Below are positions 1-9,187 of a stretch of DNA of 64,000 bases, piece by piece. Origin of the DNA: Syntrophorhabdaceae bacterium (GTDB lineage: Bacteria; Desulfobacterota; Syntrophorhabdia; Syntrophorhabdales; Syntrophorhabdaceae). The translations under genes and the position numbers were made by a program. Location: NCBI GenBank assembly GCA_963665295.1, contig OY762209.1, positions 864,001-928,000 on the forward strand. Direction: 5' to 3'. Under the pieces are notes generated by a model. That model was given only the letters and a program-made list of their open reading frames with translations. It was not told the DNA's origin and ran no database searches. The first letter of the stretch is position 1. The number at the start of each line of letters is the position of its first letter.

Positions 1-832
1 CCGTCGCAAAGAGGGTGAAGCTTTGAAGGATGTCGAGCACCACCTCGGGTCGGAGCATGCTCTCCACACTGGCCCGGACATGGTGAAGTTGGCCTTCCTC
101 CCGGTTCTCCTCGTCCCTCCAGGGACCCCACATATCTATGGGCATGCGAATGGAACCGTACCGGAAGAGGCGTCCTTCGGTGGCGAACGAAAAAACGTTC
201 GGCACGAACATGGCCGGCACTTGTTTTTCATAAATCTCATTTATCTGGAAGGCTCCATCAAACCATGTAACCGCGCTCCGGGTCGGCGTCTTGGCTTCAC
301 CGATCACAAGGGGCAAACCGTTCACAAGAAATACTATATCGAAGCGCTTCTCTACCGCGCCGACCTGGTAGGTCCACTGGTTACAGACGACCAGGTGGTT
401 GTTGGCAGGGTCGGAGGTATCGACGAGCCGCACGGTTACATGCTCACCGTCAGGCCCGAAGGGCATGGTCTTTTCACCCCTGAGCCAGGCCATGAAGTTC
501 TCGTTGGTCCGTACCAGGCCGTCGGCCTGGACCGAAAGGAGGATAGCCCGCAGGTTGTAGATAACTTCATCGGCGCGGTCGGGTTGGGCCGCGATTTCCG
601 GGTTAAGGTGGATCAAGGCCTCGCGTACCCATTGTTCCACCATGACATCGTTGCTCGCACGGGGAAGTTCGGAAGCAGGCATGTAGTCCCAGTTAGTGGG
701 CCGGAACCGGCCTCCCAAAGATTCGCCATACCGGGGATGAGTCTCTTTGAGAGCCATCGGCTCGCCGCGCGTGCTCCTGCTGATGGCATCGAGAATCATT
801 TGTTCGACGGTATTCGATTCGGTGAAGGTCAT
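1..832 (-). CDS. hsdR: Type I restriction endonuclease R subunit, 5' part (runs off the window)
   Basis: Not in the ORF track. Manual translation from ATG at 832 gives MTFTESNTVEQMILDAI...KRFDIVFLVNGLPLVIGEAK, the HsdR D-x(n)-E-x-K nuclease motif. ATGA overlap with the upstream stop codon. Confidence 0.93.
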   Translation of the reverse strand, partial: MTFTESNTVEQMILDAISRSTRGEPMALKETHPRYGESLGGRFRPTNWDYMPASELPRASNDVMVEQWVREALIHLNPEIAAQPDRADEVIYNLRAILLSVQADGLVRTNENFMAWLRGEKTMPFGPDGEHVTVRLVDTSDPANNHLVVCNQWTYQVGAVEKRFDIVFLVNGLPLVIGEAKTPTRSAVTWFDGAFQINEIYEKQVPAMFVPNVFSFATEGRLFRYGSIRMPIDMWGPWRDEENREEGQLHHVRASVESMLRPEVVLDILQSFTLFAT

Positions 833-2967
833 GAATGGAAGCGCTCCTTTACGTAGTCGCTCATTTCACTTAAAGGCATGTCCTGCGATGAATTCCCGCT
901 CCTGACGTAGAATTTCTCCGTCGGCTGGCCGTTCTTGTCCTTTAATCTCAACACCATAGGGTCATTGGCCTTCGATACATCCACCTGACAGACCTCTTTG
1001 TCTCCGACCTCGTGAAATAGGATGCGAATTTTGGAGGCAACAAAGGCGGTCCCGAAGTGCTGATTCAGCAGGTTACGAACGTGCAATTCAAATTTGTCTC
1101 TATCCGCTCCATCCCCCAAGGAGAGATAGTCGCGCTCAAGGCCAAGAATGTTTCCATCATCATCAACACCAATGAGAAGTGTTCCACCTTGAGAGTTTGC
1201 GAATGCAGCCACGGCTTTCATGATCATGTCTTCGAGTTTCTTGTTGACCTCACGTGCCTCGATGTCCCAACGCATTGTTGATTTGAACTCCAGCTCATCA
1301 CTTTCGCCTTCCGCAATCATGTCTTCCAGCGAGACAGGCTCAATCCCTTCTTCCGTAGCGGTAATACTGCCAAGAAAATCGTTGATATGTTTGGCCAGAA
1401 TTTTGCGGCGCTCTTCGAGAAACTTCTCGTAATTCTCTATCTTCCAGAGACTCTCATCTTCGGGGATACACTGTAATTCCAGAGCCTTTGGAAACTTTTT
1501 CCTTACGGCAGCAAGGTAGGCCTCTGCCGACGTGTCCGATTTTGTGCGATTAGCTGCCTGCGTCAACAACGCCCGGTTGGTCAATTCCTGGGCAAGGGCG
1601 TATTTCACTCGGTTTCCAAACCCATAGCCTGCAACCTTTAGCTTCGAGTATGGGAAGATGTGGTCCAGTTCCAGCTGATATTTACTTCCCATATTCTTCC
1701 TCAGGCTAAGACCTGTCGCAAGGCAAACCGCGCCCCGGCTTTTCAGATACCAGCGCACCATGCTGAAAAGAGGATGCTGAATAGCTCTGCCCACAAATTC
1801 GTAGGGCATGATCTCCAGTCGGCTTTCCTCTTCAATCGCCCGCAGCAACTCGTCAAAAGGCTGCTCCGAGTCGGCTACCACGCGCAAATCCCGATCAAGT
1901 TTCTGCGGGAGCTGGCTGACATATCGCGTCCGCACCTGGGAATAGTAAAACCACTTCATCATCTTCCGGATTTCGGTGTCCGTGAGATGTTTTCCGTTCT
2001 TGTCGAAGCAATAGACAATGATCGGCACCAGGGCATAAGGAGAGCTGACTTCATGGATGTGATCTACATAAGCATTCGCTCGCATAAGGTTGACGACATA
2101 GTCAAGCACTTGTTTGTCCAAGCGATCCCACGCTACGCGGATCTTCTCATTGTTGTCGTATCCGTGCAGCTTCCGCATGTCCGAGCCCATATGATACAGA
2201 CAGCCCAGCAGTACATACACAACGAAATCGAGTTTGAACGCGAACCCTTCTTTTTCCAGGGTTGCCAGCTTCGCTTTGAATGTATCCCTTGCTTGCGGCC
2301 AGTAGCCGGATATTTGCGCAAGAGCTAATTCCGCGTCAGTCAGAGCCACACCGCTGGCATTTACCTTATAGAAAATGTCGATGGCTTCTCGAATTGTAGC
2401 CCTGACTGGGATAGTCTGTTCGGGGAAATCGCGATCCCTTATATGTGTTATGGCGTTAATATTCTCATTAAGACGCTTAAGATCTTCCATATTGATACTC
2501 CTGCCTAGCTCCGTAAATCTGGCCTGTAGATCGAAAGCGCTTACCTTCCCTTGGAATACGTCCGTAATGTTCTGCCAGAAAGGGTTATTCTCCATCCTGC
2601 TCTTCATGTAGTAGGAAAGTTCAAGGGTGTCTATATTTACGTAAAGCCCACGGGTGTCGTTCATTATTTCGGGAGCCGTATAGTACGGCGGAATCTGGCC
2701 CCGGATCAGCATGTAGAGCGTGGTAATGCGCTGCTGCCCGTCCAGCAGAACCCGAACAGCGCCCTGTTTCTCGTCATATTTGTGAGGCCCTTTGAGTTCA
2801 GGCGGACTTGCGGTCTCCCACGTTAACATAGTCCCCGTTGGGTATTCTTTGATCAGCGAATCTATTAATTGTTTTGCATCGTCTTTCTTCCACACGTATT
2901 CTCTCTGAAATGCCGGAACAAAAAGCTGCTTTTCTTCAATCTTGTCAAGAATGGTTGAGATCTTCAT
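829..2967 (-). CDS. GmrSD-like protein (DUF262 + DUF1524-like HNH) fused to a C-terminal Schlafen/AlbA_2 domain
   Basis: PAFQREYVW, LLDGQQR and FYKVN (DUF262); LDHIFP...N...ANRTKSD (HNH-like); GESDELEFKS...AFANSQGGTLLIGVDD (AlbA_2). Confidence 0.85.
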   Translation of the reverse strand: MKISTILDKIEEKQLFVPAFQREYVWKKDDAKQLIDSLIKEYPTGTMLTWETASPPELKGPHKYDEKQGAVRVLLDGQQRITTLYMLIRGQIPPYYTAPEIMNDTRGLYVNIDTLELSYYMKSRMENNPFWQNITDVFQGKVSAFDLQARFTELGRSINMEDLKRLNENINAITHIRDRDFPEQTIPVRATIREAIDIFYKVNASGVALTDAELALAQISGYWPQARDTFKAKLATLEKEGFAFKLDFVVYVLLGCLYHMGSDMRKLHGYDNNEKIRVAWDRLDKQVLDYVVNLMRANAYVDHIHEVSSPYALVPIIVYCFDKNGKHLTDTEIRKMMKWFYYSQVRTRYVSQLPQKLDRDLRVVADSEQPFDELLRAIEEESRLEIMPYEFVGRAIQHPLFSMVRWYLKSRGAVCLATGLSLRKNMGSKYQLELDHIFPYSKLKVAGYGFGNRVKYALAQELTNRALLTQAANRTKSDTSAEAYLAAVRKKFPKALELQCIPEDESLWKIENYEKFLEERRKILAKHINDFLGSITATEEGIEPVSLEDMIAEGESDELEFKSTMRWDIEAREVNKKLEDMIMKAVAAFANSQGGTLLIGVDDDGNILGLERDYLSLGDGADRDKFELHVRNLLNQHFGTAFVASKIRILFHEVGDKEVCQVDVSKANDPMVLRLKDKNGQPTEKFYVRSGNSSQDMPLSEMSDYVKERFHS

Positions 2968-4235
2968 GGTCTGCCCTCTATTACATTGTGATTAGTGTCC
3001 GCCATGCACAGTTCGATAAGGGTCTGCCGAAGCCGGAGCACCCTGTCCATGTGACTCTTGATACTTAATTCCACCAAACGAATCTGGTCAAATTCCTCTG
3101 CGATTTTCTTCTGCTCGCGCTTCGGCGGTACCGGCATCAGAAGCCTTCCAAATCTTTCGGCTCCAAGATGAGCAATTGAGGTTGTCTGGCTCGCGATGGC
3201 CGCAAATACTCCTGAATGAAAACAATGCTGAAAAAAGGCCAGAGCATATTCAATCAACACATCTTCGCCTGCGCGGTATCGAACCAGAGTATTTTGAAAA
3301 CAGCAGTCCTCGATTTTCCCATCGTAAACGGCGCATCTACCTACCAGTTCTCGGCTTTGGCCCTCATTAAGAAGGATGTCGCCGGGCTGAAGGCGGTAGA
3401 CTGCAAAGTCATGCTCGTCGAAGTCCATTTGCAGAACATCGTTGTAGTCAATGAAGCCGTGAAAAACGTTTGCCACTCTCAAGTAGGGCTTCATAGAAGT
3501 ACCCTTCTGGTATTTTGGCGCTCGCTGCCTCCCAAGCTGAACCGTCCCCGTTTTGTAAACCGGCACCAAGCTGGTCTGTTCTGCTCCGGCAAAGATGGAG
3601 CGCAGATACGATCCGCGAAATTCTGCCGCTGCCCCAGCCATTGTCACAGAAGAAGATACCCCCTGTTTCGCCGCCCATAGTATTTCCGCAATGCGCTGCT
3701 GCTGATCGAGGGGCGGGAGGGCGAACTCAAAGCTGGCAAGACTGGTCCAGTTGGTGCGAGGCGAGAGCGAGCCCGCGGAAGTTCCCACCGCGTGCTCAAA
3801 GAACCGGTCTGTCATGCAAAGGAAAGGCAGGAGTTCGGGCAGGAGCCGGTCGTTCTTGGGGGCAAGCACATAGATGTCCCCTGATACGACCGCATCAAAC
3901 TCAGCCACAGCCACCTTGCGCTGGTAGGCACGTCTTTTGCCGAAGAGAACCTGCCCAGGTCTGCACTGACGCGTGAAGGTGGTCCCGTCCGCCACATTAC
4001 CCCACGTCCGTATATGCAAGGAACCTGGTTCAAGATGCTCCAGCCCGATGAATCTTTCCACCCCGGCCCCTTGTGGGTCCCTCTCTGATTCGTTCAGGTT
4101 TTCGACCACATCGCCAAACCGGACGCGCTTCCACCCCTTCCTGTCAAAAATAGGCAGCTTTGCCCAGTCAGGATTGGGTCGGAGGCCGTCGAGAGGAGAA
4201 GGCGGAAAGATCACGACTTCCTTCCTGTGAGCCAT
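2964..4235 (-). CDS. hsdS: Type I R-M specificity subunit
   Basis: GWKRVRFGDVV; two target recognition domains, each followed by a conserved spacer (LPPLDQQQRIAEIL, VPPKREQKKIAE). Confidence 0.9.
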   Translation of the reverse strand: MAHRKEVVIFPPSPLDGLRPNPDWAKLPIFDRKGWKRVRFGDVVENLNESERDPQGAGVERFIGLEHLEPGSLHIRTWGNVADGTTFTRQCRPGQVLFGKRRAYQRKVAVAEFDAVVSGDIYVLAPKNDRLLPELLPFLCMTDRFFEHAVGTSAGSLSPRTNWTSLASFEFALPPLDQQQRIAEILWAAKQGVSSSVTMAGAAAEFRGSYLRSIFAGAEQTSLVPVYKTGTVQLGRQRAPKYQKGTSMKPYLRVANVFHGFIDYNDVLQMDFDEHDFAVYRLQPGDILLNEGQSRELVGRCAVYDGKIEDCCFQNTLVRYRAGEDVLIEYALAFFQHCFHSGVFAAIASQTTSIAHLGAERFGRLLMPVPPKREQKKIAEEFDQIRLVELSIKSHMDRVLRLRQTLIELCMADTNHNVIEGRP

Positions 4236-5713
4236 GCGCGGCCCTTTGCGGTGACGCGGTATTTTTGGAGACGACTGTTCGGTTTGTCGGGGATCGTCAT
4301 CTCGATGAGTCCCGCGTCGAGGGCCGGGACGAGATAGGCCTTGCGGAAATGCTCGTCATCCTTGAGACCCAGGGCTTCCTGAATTTCTTTCCTTGCCATT
4401 TCACCCTTGATGGTCTTTACCACTTTCCCGACTTCCGGGGTGACTTCCGGGGTGACTTCCGGGGTGACTTCCGGGGTGACTTCCGGGGTGACTTCGGGAG
4501 CAGGCCGCCACAGGGTCTGGACGAACTGTCCTCCATCCTGTCGGAACGCAGGCGGTTTCAGGCCTGCTTCCTCGCAGAGGGCTATAATATCAAGGGTACC
4601 CGTACCGGCCTTCTCAATGTAGCGGGTGAGGAAGAGAGGATCGGCCAGCAACGGGTTGTGGGGAATGGAGGCGTGGGGCACGCGAAGCAGGTCGGGGGTC
4701 AGCGTGGGCGGAAGATGCCCCGGATTCCAGACTTCGAGGCGGTCCGAAAAGAGCATGACCTGGACAGAAGCATGGGAGGCATAGTCTCTATGGGCTACGG
4801 CATTGACGATTGCCTCGGCAACAGCGTCGCGGGGCAGTTCGTAGGTCACGGGCGCCGTTGGCCCTTCGGAGCGGGTTCCCACGCTTCGGTTGATCTTGGA
4901 CATCACGAAATCGACGGCCTGGTCCACAAGCTCGAATACCGTGCCCCGGTAAATCTGGTATGAAGGGATGGGCTTACGAACCTCACGGCCGTGGAAATGA
5001 AGGCACTTCACCTCGGATGAGATAAGGAATCGTTGCGGCTCCCTGCCAAAGAGAAGGATTGCCGCATGACTCGGTCGGTCGTGATCAAGGAGGTTCAGGT
5101 GGGCGAGCGCCTTGTGCATTGCCGTGTCAGGACCGAGCGCGTAGCCACGGCTTTGCCGCGCGCGCTCCAGAAAGTCGGCCACCTTCTCTCTGGAAAGATC
5201 TTCAATCGTGGCTCCGGGGCAGTAGGACGCATCGAAAGGTCTCGTATGGACGGTCCCCTTTGCCACGAGGTATTCGACGAGGCTCGCATATACCAGGGCA
5301 GTCAACTCCGCAATGTCCCCAAAGCGCCGTCGGTTAAGCTGGTCGCTCGCCTTGCCGACGAGAGCTTTCATCTTCGGATGTCGATCTTTGTCGTCACTTC
5401 CTTTGACAAATATGAGCCGCTCTTTGCCGCTGGCAGTGGCCCGGTCAAATTCGTGCTCGGTGGGTGACACCCCTGTTTCATCCTCGTGGCCGTACTCCTT
5501 TCCGAAGAGGCCCAGATAGACGGCGGCTCGATCCACTTCACCCAGATAGAGCTCATCGGGCCTCTGGCCGGAGGCCGGCAAGTCCTCAAACAGAAAGACA
5601 TGGAAGAAACGGCGCAGGAGCGGGTCGCCCTCTATGAAATCACGAACCGCGCGCCGTTCGGGGGCGAGTTCTTTTTGTACGGAGCTGACAAATATGCGCC
5701 CTTTCCCGGTCAC
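4211..5713 (-). CDS. DUF4062 + RecG-like HATPase_c_4 + C-terminal wHTH protein
   Basis: N-terminal RIFVSSVQKELAPERRAV...SPTEHEF (DUF4062); EAIVNAVAHRDY...DRLEVWNPG...IEKAGTG (HATPase_c_4); C-terminal IEMTIPDKPNSRLQKY. Confidence 0.8.
   Translation of the reverse strand: MTGKGRIFVSSVQKELAPERRAVRDFIEGDPLLRRFFHVFLFEDLPASGQRPDELYLGEVDRAAVYLGLFGKEYGHEDETGVSPTEHEFDRATASGKERLIFVKGSDDKDRHPKMKALVGKASDQLNRRRFGDIAELTALVYASLVEYLVAKGTVHTRPFDASYCPGATIEDLSREKVADFLERARQSRGYALGPDTAMHKALAHLNLLDHDRPSHAAILLFGREPQRFLISSEVKCLHFHGREVRKPIPSYQIYRGTVFELVDQAVDFVMSKINRSVGTRSEGPTAPVTYELPRDAVAEAIVNAVAHRDYASHASVQVMLFSDRLEVWNPGHLPPTLTPDLLRVPHASIPHNPLLADPLFLTRYIEKAGTGTLDIIALCEEAGLKPPAFRQDGGQFVQTLWRPAPEVTPEVTPEVTPEVTPEVTPEVGKVVKTIKGEMARKEIQEALGLKDDEHFRKAYLVPALDAGLIEMTIPDKPNSRLQKYRVTAKGRAWLTGRKS
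4430..4500. repeat. 12-bp tandem repeat GACTTCCGGGGT x5 plus a partial copy, encoding a (PEVT)n linker
   Basis: Read directly from the sequence; the protein shows APEVTPEVTPEVTPEVTPEVTPEVG. Confidence 0.95.
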
Positions 5714-7203
5714 AGGCTCTTTCCCTCCAGGATAGCGCTTAATGATCGTCGCAAATGACGCGAGCTTTCCAGCCAGTCGGCGAGGGCTTTGGTAAGCTGG
5801 TCAGACCCGGGCGTTTTACCTGCCTCCGCTGAAGAAGGTGAGCCCGTCACATAGAGCGGGATGCTGAGATTGTAACTCCTGGCCCGAATTTCCTCCTGTG
5901 CGGCCGCGCAGGTAAAGCCAGGTTCGTCCCTGAACTCACGATAGGCTTCAACGATACGCGCAATATGCTCGTCGGTAAGAAAACTCTGGGCACGCTCTCG
6001 TGTAACCTCGTTCACCGCATTGATGAAGAGAATCCGGCCCCTCCTCGCCGCAGGTTTGGCTGTTCGGCATATGACGACGCAGGCCTCCATGGGTGAGTTG
6101 TAGAAAAGATTCGGTCCAAGGCCGAGGACACACTCAATGAGGTCGGCTTCAATGATCTTGCGACGCATCTCCGCCTCTTCCCGGCGAAACAGTATGCCAT
6201 GGGGGAAAAGAATAGCCGAGCGGCCCGTTTCGGGCTTAAGGCTCATGAGGATATGCTGCCAGAATGCATAGTCGGCCCGTCCCTGGGGCGGGGTGCCGTA
6301 AATGTTGCGACCCCAGGGATCGGATGCGAAGGCTTTCCGGTCCCACTGCTTGATGGAATAAGGAGGATTGGCGAGGCACACGTCAAACTGCCGGAGGCGG
6401 TCGCCCTCAACAAGCTTCGGTTCCGAGAGTGTATCCCCTCGAACGACTTGAAAGTCCTCAATCCCATGAAGAAAACAGTTCATCCGCGCAATAGAGGAGG
6501 TCATGAGGTTCCGCTCCTGACCATAGAGGCGGACGTTGCGCCACTCCAGATTCCGATGCCGCAATTGGGCAATGCAGGAAAGAAGCATGCCCCCGGAGCC
6601 GCACGTAGGGTCATAAATGGACTCGCCCGGCTGTGGTTCGAGCATCTCCGTCATAAGATGGACCACAGTGCGGTTGGTATAGAATTCGGCCGCGGTATGT
6701 CCCGAGTCGTCGGCAAATTTCTTGATAAGGTACTCGTAACCCTGGCCCAGTTCGTCTTCCGGAAGATTGGCAAGACTGAGTTCCAGAGTACTGAAGTGTT
6801 CCACAAGGTCTCTCAGCATGGCATCGGAGAGGCGGTCTTTGTTGGTCCATTGGGCGTCCCCGAAAATGCCGTAGAGCTTTTCGGGATTTGCAGTCTCTAT
6901 GGCCCGCATTGCCGACTGAAGTTTTCGACCCACGTTCTTAGCCGCTTGCCGCACCTGCCGCCAGTGCGCATCGGCAGGTATCTGAAACCGATGATTTTCC
7001 GGGAAGGCGGCAAAGTCCACATCTCCGCCTGATTCGTTGAGCGCCTGCTCCGTCTCCTCGTCGAAGACATCACAGAGCCTCTTAAAGAAGAGCAACGGGA
7101 AGATGAGCTGTTTATAGTCGCCCGCGTCAATGGTCCCCCTGAGGAGCGTAGCTGCTCCCCAGAGATAGGATTCGAGTTGCCGTTGGGTAATGCGGACCCT
7201 CAT
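5710..7203 (-). CDS. hsdM: Type I DNA methyltransferase subunit, NPPY type
   Basis: LWGAATLLRG, EFYTNRTVV, DPTCGSGGML, LANPPYS. Confidence 0.93.
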   Translation of the reverse strand: MRVRITQRQLESYLWGAATLLRGTIDAGDYKQLIFPLLFFKRLCDVFDEETEQALNESGGDVDFAAFPENHRFQIPADAHWRQVRQAAKNVGRKLQSAMRAIETANPEKLYGIFGDAQWTNKDRLSDAMLRDLVEHFSTLELSLANLPEDELGQGYEYLIKKFADDSGHTAAEFYTNRTVVHLMTEMLEPQPGESIYDPTCGSGGMLLSCIAQLRHRNLEWRNVRLYGQERNLMTSSIARMNCFLHGIEDFQVVRGDTLSEPKLVEGDRLRQFDVCLANPPYSIKQWDRKAFASDPWGRNIYGTPPQGRADYAFWQHILMSLKPETGRSAILFPHGILFRREEAEMRRKIIEADLIECVLGLGPNLFYNSPMEACVVICRTAKPAARRGRILFINAVNEVTRERAQSFLTDEHIARIVEAYREFRDEPGFTCAAAQEEIRARSYNLSIPLYVTGSPSSAEAGKTPGSDQLTKALADWLESSRHLRRSLSAILEGKSL

Positions 7204-8720
7204 ATGAGCAGGCCCTCCCGCTTCAAGATAGCGGCGAGCTTTTCCTCTGCCGCAAACGCTGCTTCGGCGCTTTCTTTGAGCCGTTTCACGGCCTCATCCA
7301 TCGTCAGCACTTCCTGATCGGCTAAAGGCTCCACATAGCGGGGAATATTGAGATTATGGTCGTTGGCGGCGATCTCGTCGAGGCTCACTACCCGGGCAAT
7401 ACCTTTCACATCCTTGTAATCCCGATACCATTTGTAGATATATTCGACGTGCTCGGGGAGAAGCTCATTTTGGGCCCTCCCGGACTTGAACTCTCGCGAG
7501 GCGTCCAGTATGAGCACCTTCTTCTTCCGTTCTTTGGTCTTGCGCTGCCTGAGGACCAGGACACAGGCGGCCAGGCCGGTGCCATAGAAGAGATTCGGCC
7601 CAAGGCCTATGACGGCTTCCAGGAGGTCCATCTGCAGGATCTTCTGTCGTATGGTCCCCTCCTTTCCCATTCGGAATAGCACCCCGTGGGGCAACACTAC
7701 GGCCATCCTGCCCGTGGCGAGGGCCATGGATTTGATCATGTGTTGCACCCAGGCATAATCTCCCGTCTTTGAGGGCGGCATTCCGGCAAAGTTCCGACCA
7801 TAAGGGTCGTTTGTCCACACCTCTTCGCCCCACTTCTGGAGTGAAAAGGGCGGATTGGCGATGACGCAGTCGAAGGTGGCAAGGTTGTCTCCCGAGAAGA
7901 ATGCGGGTTGGCGCAAGGTATCGCCTCGCACTACCTGGAAATCGCTTGCGCCATGATGAAAGAGATTCATCCGGGCTATGGCGGAGGTAGTGAGATTCTT
8001 TTCCTGGCCGAACAGCTTGCCCCAAAGCGTCCTGTCGTCTCCGTGATTCTCCTTTACGTGATGAACGGCTTCGAGTAACATACCGCCGGTGCCGCAGGCC
8101 GGGTCGTAAATGGACTCTCCTTCCCTGGGATCGAGAATATTAACCATCAGCCTCACCACCGAGCGTGGTGTATAAAACTCACCTGCTTTCTTATTCGTGA
8201 GATCGGCAAACTTCTTGATCAGGTACTCGTAAGATTGGCCCAGGATATCCGCCTGAGCCGACTGGTTGCCAAGCGCAATTCCTGAGAAATGTTCAATGAG
8301 GTTCTTGAGCAGGGCGTCGGGCAGACGGTCTTTATTGGACCATGCGGCGTCGCCGAAAATGCCATAAAGCGTCTCGGGGTTCGCCTTCTCTATGCCGCGC
8401 ATAGCCTTTTGAAGGGCTTGGCCGACATTCGTGCCGACCACCCGGACATCGCTCCAATGACAGTCTTCCGGGATTTGAAACCTGTAGTTCTGAGGGAAGC
8501 GGGCATATTCTTCATCGCCATCCGACTCGGCCAGGGCAGCCACATACTCCTCGTCGTAGACATCAGAAATACGCTTGAAAAAGAGCAGGGGGAAGACATA
8601 GGTCTTGAAGTCGGCGGCATCCACGGGGCCGCGCAGGATGTTCGCAGATTCCCAGAGGTGGGCCTCAAGCAGGCTTAAGGTGGCTCCGTTCGCGCCATTT
8701 TTGTTCATCGAGTTTGCCAT
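7200..8720 (-). CDS. hsdM: Type I DNA methyltransferase subunit, NPPF type
   Basis: LWESANILRG, GEFYTPRSVV, DPACGTGGML, IANPPFS. Confidence 0.93.
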   Translation of the reverse strand: MANSMNKNGANGATLSLLEAHLWESANILRGPVDAADFKTYVFPLLFFKRISDVYDEEYVAALAESDGDEEYARFPQNYRFQIPEDCHWSDVRVVGTNVGQALQKAMRGIEKANPETLYGIFGDAAWSNKDRLPDALLKNLIEHFSGIALGNQSAQADILGQSYEYLIKKFADLTNKKAGEFYTPRSVVRLMVNILDPREGESIYDPACGTGGMLLEAVHHVKENHGDDRTLWGKLFGQEKNLTTSAIARMNLFHHGASDFQVVRGDTLRQPAFFSGDNLATFDCVIANPPFSLQKWGEEVWTNDPYGRNFAGMPPSKTGDYAWVQHMIKSMALATGRMAVVLPHGVLFRMGKEGTIRQKILQMDLLEAVIGLGPNLFYGTGLAACVLVLRQRKTKERKKKVLILDASREFKSGRAQNELLPEHVEYIYKWYRDYKDVKGIARVVSLDEIAANDHNLNIPRYVEPLADQEVLTMDEAVKRLKESAEAAFAAEEKLAAILKREGLLI

Positions 8721-8950
8721 TGGGAACAGTGTGTTTAGGTTTATTCGCTATAATTCTTAATTTTCCACGCGACATTGTCAAGGTAAATCCGGTCCGGGAT
8801 TGAACGGGAGACGATTGGAATAGCCCTCTCCCCTAATACTAACCACACTGTTGATTGTTGATACTCGGGCAAGTCCGAGATATACTGCCACATCACGTAA
8901 TTGGTCAGCTTCTCAGGCGTGCGGGGTGTATGGGCAAACCTTAATGTAGT

Positions 8951-9056
8951 CATTAGGGACGTCCATTAAATAATCAATTTCCCTTGACATCCGTACCCCT
9001 CCCTGATGCCATATCTTCATGCCGAGAAAAGCTCGCATTGATGCCGCAGGGCCCTT
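8951..9056 (+). pseudogene. 5' remnant of a Y1/RAYT-type (REP-associated tyrosine) transposase with its flanking end motif
   Basis: CATTAGGGACGTCCATTAAA motif, a TTGACA hexamer, then ATG at 9019 encoding MPRKARIDAAG (resembles the MPRxARIDAPG start of RAYTs); similarity stops after about 11 codons. Confidence 0.6.
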
Positions 9057-9187
9057 AGAGCCGACCCGCTGTCCCGGGAGATCGAGGGCATACTGCCGGT
9101 TTCCAGGGTGAGGGGTGAAAGAGGTGACTAACGTCACTATGCCGAGGATGTCCCCTGAGGGCCCCCAAGCTCCGGGAGTTTCGGCGT

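Noticed and set aside
23..856. 277-aa plus-strand ORF
   Set aside because: Antisense shadow of hsdR, which has clear motifs on the minus strand.
4430..4500. Short repeats as a CRISPR array
   Set aside because: No spacers; it is an in-frame coding tandem repeat and no cas genes are present.
8741..9137. Small ORFs 8741-8953 and 8913-9137
   Set aside because: No RBS or motifs; they overlap the hsdM promoter region and the RAYT remnant.
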